Of a stretch of DNA of 64,000 nucleotides, positions 10,270 to 18,474 are shown piece after piece (position 1 is the first letter of the stretch; every line of letters begins with the position of its first letter). Made by a program: the position numbers and the translations under genes. The notes under the pieces were generated by a model, which ran no database searches, was not told the origin of the DNA, and saw only the letters and a list, made by a program, of their open reading frames with translations. The stretch is from the NCBI RefSeq assembly GCF_048403405.1, contig NZ_CP183129.1. One strand, 5' to 3'. Source of the DNA: Escherichia coli (lineage in GTDB: Bacteria > Pseudomonadota > Gammaproteobacteria > Enterobacterales > Enterobacteriaceae).

Positions 10270-10320
10270 ATTATAACCATCGGTGGACCCCGTTGCAATT
10301 AAGATAATGAGATTTATAAT
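10270..10320. promoter_or_regulatory. divergent promoters sharing one palindromic -35 hexamer
   Basis: TTGCAA at 10293-10298 is its own reverse complement. A TATAAT lies 16 nt downstream on plus (10315-10320) and another 17 nt downstream on minus (10270-10275). Confidence 0.55.
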
Positions 10321-10409
10321 CCAGACGGTTGGGACGTTGCGCCGGATCGGACCAATTTTAAGTCCTGGCTACCGGACGGGTGGTGCTGCAGGTGGTGCCC
10401 TGATCCGGA

Positions 10410-10429
10410 GTGCAACATCGTGGTCCAAC
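10410..10429 (+). promoter_or_regulatory. predicted sRNA target site in the zorO-like leader
   Basis: gtgcaacatcgtggtccaac is a direct repeat (19/20) of 10244-10263, the region transcribed on the opposite strand as the sRNA 5' end. Confidence 0.55.
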
Positions 10430-10501
10430 ATACGTAAACCAGTATCGACAGGCAGTGTAAGGGTAAGGTGCTGGTGTTGCGCTCCTTAATAAGGAGAGCG
10501 G

Positions 10502-10591
10502 ATGGACACGCTGACACAAAAGTTAACCGTGCTCATTGCCGTACTGGAGCTATTAGTGGCTCTGTTACGGTTGATTGATTTGTTGAAGTAA
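10502..10591 (+). CDS. zorO: 29-aa hydrophobic type I toxin, ZorO-like
   Basis: Not in the ORF track (below its size cut-off). ATG at 10502 with AGGAG SD at 10492-10496; peptide MDTLTQKLTVLIAVLELLVALLRLIDLLK; roughly 175-nt leader; matches my recollection of ZorO from EHEC. Confidence 0.7.
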   Translation: MDTLTQKLTVLIAVLELLVALLRLIDLLK

Positions 10592-10612
10592 TGGGCAAAT
10601 TGAAACGCATCT

Positions 10613-10636
10613 AAGGGGGAATACCGTTTCCCCCTT
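10613..10636. terminator. hairpin between convergent zorO-like gene and yehK
   Basis: aggggga (10614-10620) pairs with tccccct (10629-10635), between the two stop codons; U-tract is weak. Confidence 0.45.
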
Positions 10637-10644
10637 TAATAAAG

Positions 10645-10965
10645 CTATTTTTCTATTTCTTGGTTGAATATATTCTGTAGTTCGCGATTAAAAATGGCTA
10701 TTACCGTTTCTGGTGATTCGCCCCGTAATTTTCGCTCATCAATAAACTCATCTCTTATATAAATCAACGCATCATTTATTAGCGGGTCGACATCCTCTCG
10801 ATCACGTTGATGAAATGTTGGATGTAGCCGGAATCGCTCCAGTCGGTAGACGGAACCTGTAAATAATTCAGAGCATTTATGGATCTCAAGTCTGAAGGAA
10901 AACGGATCTTCAGGTACAGGGACCTCATAATCGTAAATAGCAACCAGCTCTTTTTGCACGATCAT
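10645..10965 (-). CDS. yehK: small conserved hypothetical protein (YehK-like)
   Basis: 106-aa ORF 60 nt downstream of yehI on the same strand; size and position match recalled yehK. Confidence 0.55.
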   Translation of the reverse strand: MIVQKELVAIYDYEVPVPEDPFSFRLEIHKCSELFTGSVYRLERFRLHPTFHQRDREDVDPLINDALIYIRDEFIDERKLRGESPETVIAIFNRELQNIFNQEIEK

Positions 10966-11025
10966 CGCTTTTCCCGGTGGCAGGTCGTGTTAATAACGGG
11001 CAGTCGCATCACTGCCCGCTGTGTT

Positions 11026-14000
11026 TTAATGGAAAATGACGTCGGGTGCGCTTAACGCTTCACTCAAATCAAACACATCAAGTTCGGCAAAAGTGACAGA
11101 TTTATTGTCACGGTATACATGAAGAGAACGGAAGCTCATTAGCGCTTTGCTATCAACATTGTAGTGGTTAAAACCGGATGAAAACTTAAGGACCAGCCGG
11201 TACTCGCCCAGGTCATAGACAAATGCATTCTCATAGCCTGACTCCCAGCCTTTGTATCGCATTCCCATAAGTTGCCCAACGGTAGCAGATTTACCTTCCC
11301 AGCGATTCAAACTATTACTGGCTGACTCGTCAGGCGTGAGCAGTACTGTGCGCCGTGCCAATTGGCGAAAAGGCGGCATAATTTCGTAATCGGCAAAAAG
11401 CTGTGCAAACTCACTGCGCATTTCTGCTGCCATTTCTAACGGGTGGGCAATGCCAATCAGAGCATCGGCAGGCAGGTCAATTGGCTCATCTTGCTCATTG
11501 CAGAACTCCCCCTCAGCGGCCACACGAAAGGCGTTGAGTAAACGACGCGGTTCATTTGCCGGATAAACACCCCATATTAATCGCTGAGTAACCAGACGGG
11601 TAAAGGGATGATTAACAAACAGAGAATGAAAATCTGCCAGCGACCAGCGTCGGGTGGTGCGCAGGGCAGTTTCAAGACGCGGGAGCAGGTTTTTGCTCAC
11701 CTGAGTGGCATCTTTTTTTAGCCCTTTTAGTCGGGCCAGTGCCTCGGGTGCTTTCAGTTGATCGTCATCGGCGCGCAACCGGGGAACGCTTTTCTGGCGA
11801 ACGTTTTGCTGATCAAAGATAACCGGGTTAAGGTTTTCATCGAAGCGAACGGTAAATTGCCGTGGACCAAAATCAAAAATCAACGCCTGCGGATCATCAA
11901 GACCCAGTGTTGGGACTAATCTGTCCGCTAACTGTTCCTGGCTTAGCCCTCGATTTTCTGCGACCACCTGAAGAAATTCCGCCGCGTTATCACGTAAGGG
12001 GCGGGATTTCGCCCGTTGCGATATATGATGCAGCTGTATCAGTGCCATATCATTATTCATCTGAGTAAGTATGTTCAGGCCGCTGACGGCACGGGCAGAT
12101 TTGCCTTCCTGTGGCCAGGCAAGGATCTGTGTCGTCAGATCCCGTGCCGTGCTTTCGTCGCCAAAGAGACTTAACGCCAGAAATGCCCAGTTGTCTTTTG
12201 CGGGAGCACCAGCTTGTTGCCACGCGGTGAAAAGATCCCAGGCAAAAGCTGCCAGCGTTTGCGGCTGGCAGAAAGTTTTCAGTTGTTCCAGTCCGCTATA
12301 AAAACGTCCGCCCTGGGTAAAGCGCAGCATTTCGCCGATAATTTCCAGTGCGTCATCGGTAACAGGCTGATTATTCGTGATAAGGCGCGGCCTGGACCAC
12401 ATTGCCGGCTGCCAGAAATCAGGGGCTTTTGGAATGCGTGTCGGGTAAATCTCTATTGGACTCTGTTTAAGTAAATGCTCCAGGGCAGGCCATACATCTG
12501 TACGCTGCCAGCGGTTTGCCGCGGTTTGCAGCAATTCACCATGTCCCTGTTCGTAAAGTAAACGTAGGGCAAGTAATGCAGCTTCGCTATTATCGCTGGA
12601 TTTGGTGAAGACAAGAGGGATAAGTGCAGTAGCCGTATGTTCCGGCCATTGTAAAATCCACTGGCGAGCCAGATCACGCTGCGCCGCGAAACGTCGCCAG
12701 ACGCGGGCAACGGGCAGGGCCAGTTCTGTTGCGCCAAAATTTAAAATTAACGGAAATGTTTCTTTTGGACGATATGAAAAAGCCAACAGCAGACCTGGTA
12801 GAGCATCCAATCCGAAGATACTGAGAAAATAGTCCTCACCCGCGAACAGATGCTTTTTCTCATTGATACGTAGCCAGAAAGTCAAAGCCATCTCACGCGG
12901 CAACTGTGCCAATAAATACAGGTTCCAGATACTCTTTTCCCGACGATAGCGTGAGTAGCTGTCATTTTCCCATATGTTAATTAACACTTCTACGTGACCG
13001 CTGCGAAGCGCCTGTTCTGCTAATTGTGCTTCCGGGGAGTTCCAGCCATTCAGGATCTCTTCAACCCGCCCCTGGTAGTAATGCCACTGAACAATGAGTG
13101 AATTGCGTGCAGCATCCAGTTTTCCGGGGAGTATATAATTCAGAAACAGCCATACATCATCTCCAAAACCCAGCTCCTGTAGTACAACTCGTCCACTTTT
13201 ATGTTCCATGCGTTCCGCAAGAGATTCCGTGCTGAAATAACGGGCAGACTCAGTGGCGGCAAGCCTCTCTCGTTCGCCTGGTTGCCAGTAAACTTGCGGC
13301 GTTAATTCGAACGGTGCCAAATCAAGACGTGGAACTGTCATTTTTTTCTTACTACGCCACGGTGGTGAAACGAGGATTTCAGGCATTTGGCTGTTATCGG
13401 TGCTATCAATAACCGTTTTAGGCGGTGCCGATAAATAACTATTCAGCACTGACCGGGCTTGAGTACTTAACCACGGCATCACCTCTTCTGCCAGTTGTGG
13501 CTGCGATGCCATCAGCGTTTGTAACAGCGTACGCCAGTATTCATCACGTGCTTTTTGCTGTGCAGGCAGCTTTTTGTCTTCGATGATTGGATAACCAGGG
13601 CGCGTAGGTGGTTCTTTTAGCGCCAGCAGTTCTGCCAGTGCGGCAAGCGTCGCATGGGGGAAATTTTTACTGTATTTAGCTACACGTTGCAGGCTGGGTT
13701 TGTTTTTATCAGCAACTAACAGCAGGGTGCGGATGACCTGCGGATGGTTAATTTGTACCAGCAGACTGCCGCAATCTTCTTTATGGGCATACATTGCCAG
13801 GCGTGGAACGGCTGCCAGTCCTTGTTCGCGCAAAAGGGCAGCGCAGGCCGCGTAGCCGAAGTGGTTTTCATGCGACATGTAGCTGGCTTCCCGATCGCTA
13901 AATATATCCTGGCTCCAGTAGCGTTCGAGTTTTCTCACCGCTCTGGGGTCAATAGCAACAACTTTTAACCACTCCTTAGAATGAAAATGAGTCCACGGGC

Positions 14001-14658
14001 ATTCAAGGCTTACCAACTCATTGGCGATTTCTGGTTTTTCCGGGAGGATCAGAGCAATAAAAGGGCGGCGAACTTTGGTTATTCCTGGCAGTGCGGCAAT
14101 GAGTTTGTCGGCGCAACGCTGCCAGCTGCTTTCCTCTGCCAGAGAGAGATGCTTACGCAGTCGGAGATCGAATTCGTTATAGGTTTCTGATCGATAACCA
14201 TAGCCATAATCCTCGTTCTGATACTGCAATGTCACTAGCAGAGGATCACTTTCATAACATCGTGTAATAAACTGGCGTGCAATCACCACCTCAGTCGCAT
14301 ATTCCAGTCCCTCTTGTTGGACGATTTCGTCGAGCAACTGTTGGCTATCATTTTGCGCGATACAGGCTAGCGCCGCCATTGTCCGGGCCGGAACTGAGGG
14401 TTTGTGTTCGCCAATCAAGTTGATGGCCTGCGTAATGGCCGACTGCCACTCCAGTGAAAAATTTTCATAACGCCAGACAATGTTTTTTTTCTTCTCAGCT
14501 TTTTGTAGCAATTCATCACCCAGTGTCTGGATGAGGCTTTCAGTGATAACAGGCACCGGTTCGCCCGGCCAACTGCGATGGCTGAGCGGCGTTTTGCCTT
14601 TTTTATATTTCAGTTCCACTTGGGCGTTATCCGCCAGCCACGGTAATTCCTTGTCCAT
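11026..14658 (-). CDS. yehI: DUF4132-family giant protein YehI (1210 aa)
   Basis: Full ORF from the track. C-terminal region shares motifs with the two upstream paralogs (DFGPRQFTV, HPLEM..FAQLFADYEIMPPFRQL); no N-terminal WGR domain. Confidence 0.85.
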   Translation of the reverse strand: MDKELPWLADNAQVELKYKKGKTPLSHRSWPGEPVPVITESLIQTLGDELLQKAEKKKNIVWRYENFSLEWQSAITQAINLIGEHKPSVPARTMAALACIAQNDSQQLLDEIVQQEGLEYATEVVIARQFITRCYESDPLLVTLQYQNEDYGYGYRSETYNEFDLRLRKHLSLAEESSWQRCADKLIAALPGITKVRRPFIALILPEKPEIANELVSLECPWTHFHSKEWLKVVAIDPRAVRKLERYWSQDIFSDREASYMSHENHFGYAACAALLREQGLAAVPRLAMYAHKEDCGSLLVQINHPQVIRTLLLVADKNKPSLQRVAKYSKNFPHATLAALAELLALKEPPTRPGYPIIEDKKLPAQQKARDEYWRTLLQTLMASQPQLAEEVMPWLSTQARSVLNSYLSAPPKTVIDSTDNSQMPEILVSPPWRSKKKMTVPRLDLAPFELTPQVYWQPGERERLAATESARYFSTESLAERMEHKSGRVVLQELGFGDDVWLFLNYILPGKLDAARNSLIVQWHYYQGRVEEILNGWNSPEAQLAEQALRSGHVEVLINIWENDSYSRYRREKSIWNLYLLAQLPREMALTFWLRINEKKHLFAGEDYFLSIFGLDALPGLLLAFSYRPKETFPLILNFGATELALPVARVWRRFAAQRDLARQWILQWPEHTATALIPLVFTKSSDNSEAALLALRLLYEQGHGELLQTAANRWQRTDVWPALEHLLKQSPIEIYPTRIPKAPDFWQPAMWSRPRLITNNQPVTDDALEIIGEMLRFTQGGRFYSGLEQLKTFCQPQTLAAFAWDLFTAWQQAGAPAKDNWAFLALSLFGDESTARDLTTQILAWPQEGKSARAVSGLNILTQMNNDMALIQLHHISQRAKSRPLRDNAAEFLQVVAENRGLSQEQLADRLVPTLGLDDPQALIFDFGPRQFTVRFDENLNPVIFDQQNVRQKSVPRLRADDDQLKAPEALARLKGLKKDATQVSKNLLPRLETALRTTRRWSLADFHSLFVNHPFTRLVTQRLIWGVYPANEPRRLLNAFRVAAEGEFCNEQDEPIDLPADALIGIAHPLEMAAEMRSEFAQLFADYEIMPPFRQLARRTVLLTPDESASNSLNRWEGKSATVGQLMGMRYKGWESGYENAFVYDLGEYRLVLKFSSGFNHYNVDSKALMSFRSLHVYRDNKSVTFAELDVFDLSEALSAPDVIFH

Positions 14659-14667
14659 GCTCTTTCC

Positions 14668-17600
14668 TTATTCAAACAGGGCTTCAATATCGTTAATGAG
14701 TTCGCTGGCGGTGATGTCGTCGAGCACGGAGAACTGCGCTTCCTGAGTTGAATTACTCCCCCAGCCATAGCTTTCCGCTTTGCCTTCCCATAGCCACAGC
14801 TTGCTTAAGACCTGCTCAGCGCTAAGATCGGCTGGTGACATACCCACCGCAAAACCTTCGTCGATTTCCATGATTAACGACCAGCGACCGAGAGGTTTGA
14901 TCATCCATCCGATCCAGCCTCCATCCTGTGGTTCGCCCTTTATCCAGCCTTTATTTGCCAGCCCCATGACCCGGCCGCTCGGGCATTTTCTGCCTGCCCA
15001 GCGGGTCAGTTCGCTGGCGTTGCGCTCGGCTTCTGTCAGGGCGTAACTGTTACGTTCAAGCTGACGGAACGGTGGTAGCAGTTCGTAGTCGGCAAAAAGC
15101 TGACCAAAGGCGACAGCATCCGTCGGTGATATTTCCAGAACGTGAGGAATGCCAACAGAGATATCGCCTTCCTGCAAGGTGAAAAGATCATCGTCAGCGG
15201 TGCTGTAGCTGTTATCTTCCGCCACCCTAAAGCACGCCTGTAGCTGGTTTTCGGCGCTATAAACGCCCCAAATCAGACGGCGGGTTAAGTGACGAACCAG
15301 CGGATGCTCAACCAGGAAGAGCTGAAAGTTTTCCGGCGACCAGCGGCGGCGCAGGCACATGGCGGATTCCAGCCTTGCTACCTGCTGGGCGGCGACGGTA
15401 CGCGCATCTTTTTTCAGCAATTTGTAGCGGTTAACAGCATCGTTTGCCTGTGATTCATCATCGCTTTTATTGGGTTTAGGTAAGTCTTTCAGGCGGCTGC
15501 CGGAAACATCGCGCACAAACGGTTTTAAGGTTTCATCAAAGCTGACGGTGAACTGCCGTGGGCCAAAATCCAGCAGCAGCGAACCGTTATCATCCAGACC
15601 GAGAGCCGGTGCTAACCGATCTTCAAGCTCCGCTACCGTCAGTTCGCGACTTTCGGCAATGTCGGCAATTTTCTCTTTCGCCCGCTCCTGTAATGCTTTG
15701 AATTTCAGTTTCTGGGCAATGCCGTTAAGCTGCATCAGGGCGATATCACTACTGATAGCGGCGAGGATATCCAGCCCGACGGTGGCGCGTTTATGCTGGG
15801 ATTCACCAGGCCAGGCGCGTATTAATGGCGTCAGTTTGCGGGCGGTGTCATCGTTACCGAGAACGCCTAACGCAGTGAACGCCCAACTCTCTTTCGACGG
15901 CGCGCCAGCGGTCTGCCAGGCGGTAAACAGATCCCAGGCAAATTCAGCCAGTGAGTCGGCGGTACAGGCATCTTTCACCTGCAATAATCCCGGATACAGC
16001 GCCTCCTCCTGATGGAAGCGGAGCATTTCACCGAGGTGCTGGAGTGCGCTATCGGGCAGTGATTGGGCATTTGCTTTTAATACCGGGCGGGTCCAGATCG
16101 ATGGCTGATAAAAGGCCGGAAGAGTGGGGATTTTTGTCGGGTGATTATCTAAGGGATCGAGCGCAAGCATAGCGTTCACCGCATCTGTTACTTCCGGCTG
16201 GTTATAACGCCGGGCGATTTCTTGCAGTAATGGTTGATGACCGTTTTCGGTAAGCATACGCAATGCAGCGCGGGCGTTATCCTGTGCTTCACCGGCTTTG
16301 CCGAGCGCCGCAGACAGCAGGCCGGTAATGGCGTGTTCCGGGTATTTCAGCAGCCAGGTGCGGGCGTCTTGTCGTAGGGTTTTGAGTTTGTTGAAGGCGC
16401 GGGCGACGGCAGGTGCCAGCTCACTCGCTGCGAAGTAATTCGTTATGGGCAAGGCTTCCTGTGGATAGCGTGCAAGTGAGTTTACTAACCCAGGTAATCC
16501 TTTGAGTCCAAAATGTAACATGGCGTATTCGGTATCGGTATGCGGAGATAGAGTAAGGGCATTCCATGCTCTTACTGCTTTCTCCAGCGGCAATGTTGTC
16601 AAAATCCCCAAATGCCAATAATGCCCGGTAGGTGAATGAAACACCTTAAATTCACTTATTAAAGTTGAATAATCTTCATTTAGCCATGCCTCAACTACCG
16701 CTTCGGGAGCTTTAATATATGTACCAGCGATCCGTCGTTGAAAACCCATCCTTGCCAACAGATTGGCAGTACTTTCTTCATGACTAACCGTGATGTGTTT
16801 TGAATACCAGATATATTTCGCCAAAAGTTGATTACTGATTTCTTCTGTCAGATAACTGATTGGCTCAATACCTAATGGTGCTAAATCAAGCACTGGAATC
16901 GGCGATTTTTTCTTTTTCGAAAGCCATGGTGGGGAGACTACTATGGCCGGCAGTAGATCGGCGCTGGCATGGTTTGAGGGCTGTGTCAGTTGTTGCTGGC
17001 ATGATTTCAGCACTGCAACTGCGGGTGTCGAAAGCCAGGGAATGACCTGTTCTGCTAGTGTCGGTTGCGAGATAAGCATCGTCATTAGCATAATGCGCCA
17101 ACTATTCTCTTCTTTTTGCACTAGAAGTTCCGCCAGTGCTGCCAGTGCTGCGTGTGGGAACGCAGCGCAGGCTTTCGTCATTCGATCGTGACAGCGTTTA
17201 GTATGCCCTGCTACACGTATAAGCAGTGTTAATGCGAACGGATGATTGATATGACGCAACACATCGGCGCAGTAGTCACTTGCGACATAGGGAGCAAATC
17301 GGGGCAGGGCCGCAACACCTTGCTCCTGTAATACGGTGGCTGACCATATCGCACCACAATAGTAATCATCAAAAATGGCATATGGCTCGTGATATTTTTC
17401 TAATGAGGCAAGAATGTGCTCATCAGTCGCCACTATTTTTAGCCACTCCAGCGAGGGTAATTTCTTTTGCCCCAGTAGACGCTGGGCAATTTCATGTGCA
17501 ATTTCTGGTTTTTCGGGCAATAACAAAGCAATTAATGGTTGCCGCCATTCTGGAATATGTGGAACTGCGGCAATAAGTTTTTGTGCACATTTTTGCCAGA

Positions 17601-18462
17601 GAGACTCTTCCGCCAGTGATAAATGTTTACGTAGGCGTAATTCAAAGCTGGAATATTGCTGCAAATAATCAGGTGAAATGCCAGACGACAGGAAAACAAT
17701 ATTATTGTTGACATAATCCCATTCAATAGATATTTGTTGAAGATGTATTATTACATCAGTAGCATATTCCAGACCGCCTTCCTGAATAATCTGATCCATA
17801 ACATCCGCACGCTCTTTATATCTCGTGCAGTGCAGTTCAAGTGCCGCGAGTACAGCCATTACCGGTGATGGTAATTTTGTCGTTTTCGGGCTGTTAATCA
17901 GATCGATCGCCTGAGCGATGAAGTTTTGCCACTCTAAAGTACAGGCGCTGAAGTCAAATGTAGCTGTTTTGTTATCCCGTTGCGACACGCCACAGGCTAA
18001 GCGACGTAACTGGGTTAATTTATCTACAGGTGTAACAGGATCTCCGGGAAAGCGGCGATGGCTTAAGGTGGTGGGTACGACTTCAAGCGGAAAAACGACA
18101 GCAATATCTTTTGCCAGCCACGGTAAAATAACGTCTGTATTTTTGTCAGCCACGTAGAATTCTGGTGTAACTGAGGGCTGTTCCTGAATGATGGTAGAAA
18201 AGTCAGATAATTCGAGAGATTTCGTTACCGTTCGAGTATGTTTCGATGTAGCATTCTCCGCATGTTCCACATACCCCTTTTTCGTTTTCTCCGCAATCAG
18301 CTTGAGTTCCGCTTTTTCCGCCGCCGCAGCATCTGCAAAGCTTTTTACCTGACTTTGCCCGTTGGTGCCGACTTTGCCCCAACTGATATTCAGTTCGTTT
18401 CCCTGCTGCTCCACCGCCCAGAATTTATGTGATTTTTCGTCCTGATAAATATAGGTTTTCAT
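14668..18462 (-). CDS. MolR-like giant protein, N-terminal WGR domain plus DUF4132 (1264 aa)
   Basis: N-terminus MKTYIYQDEKSHKFWAVEQQGNELNISWGKVGTNGQ (WGR signature); C-terminal DUF4132-like region; 9-nt gap to yehI. Confidence 0.85.
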   Translation of the reverse strand: MKTYIYQDEKSHKFWAVEQQGNELNISWGKVGTNGQSQVKSFADAAAAEKAELKLIAEKTKKGYVEHAENATSKHTRTVTKSLELSDFSTIIQEQPSVTPEFYVADKNTDVILPWLAKDIAVVFPLEVVPTTLSHRRFPGDPVTPVDKLTQLRRLACGVSQRDNKTATFDFSACTLEWQNFIAQAIDLINSPKTTKLPSPVMAVLAALELHCTRYKERADVMDQIIQEGGLEYATDVIIHLQQISIEWDYVNNNIVFLSSGISPDYLQQYSSFELRLRKHLSLAEESLWQKCAQKLIAAVPHIPEWRQPLIALLLPEKPEIAHEIAQRLLGQKKLPSLEWLKIVATDEHILASLEKYHEPYAIFDDYYCGAIWSATVLQEQGVAALPRFAPYVASDYCADVLRHINHPFALTLLIRVAGHTKRCHDRMTKACAAFPHAALAALAELLVQKEENSWRIMLMTMLISQPTLAEQVIPWLSTPAVAVLKSCQQQLTQPSNHASADLLPAIVVSPPWLSKKKKSPIPVLDLAPLGIEPISYLTEEISNQLLAKYIWYSKHITVSHEESTANLLARMGFQRRIAGTYIKAPEAVVEAWLNEDYSTLISEFKVFHSPTGHYWHLGILTTLPLEKAVRAWNALTLSPHTDTEYAMLHFGLKGLPGLVNSLARYPQEALPITNYFAASELAPAVARAFNKLKTLRQDARTWLLKYPEHAITGLLSAALGKAGEAQDNARAALRMLTENGHQPLLQEIARRYNQPEVTDAVNAMLALDPLDNHPTKIPTLPAFYQPSIWTRPVLKANAQSLPDSALQHLGEMLRFHQEEALYPGLLQVKDACTADSLAEFAWDLFTAWQTAGAPSKESWAFTALGVLGNDDTARKLTPLIRAWPGESQHKRATVGLDILAAISSDIALMQLNGIAQKLKFKALQERAKEKIADIAESRELTVAELEDRLAPALGLDDNGSLLLDFGPRQFTVSFDETLKPFVRDVSGSRLKDLPKPNKSDDESQANDAVNRYKLLKKDARTVAAQQVARLESAMCLRRRWSPENFQLFLVEHPLVRHLTRRLIWGVYSAENQLQACFRVAEDNSYSTADDDLFTLQEGDISVGIPHVLEISPTDAVAFGQLFADYELLPPFRQLERNSYALTEAERNASELTRWAGRKCPSGRVMGLANKGWIKGEPQDGGWIGWMIKPLGRWSLIMEIDEGFAVGMSPADLSAEQVLSKLWLWEGKAESYGWGSNSTQEAQFSVLDDITASELINDIEALFE

Positions 18463-18474
18463 TGCAAAGTCCTT

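Noticed and set aside
10283-10489. 68-aa plus-strand ORF in the yehK-yehL intergenic region
   Set aside because: Overlaps the predicted toxin leader and sRNA promoter; no SD; Gly/Arg-rich; the 29-aa ORF with a strong SD is the better coding candidate.
15470-16012. 180-aa plus-strand ORF, and other 60-100 aa ORFs inside the giant genes
   Set aside because: Antisense to the 1264-aa MolR-like gene; Ser/Arg/Ala-rich composition of GC-rich shadow frames.
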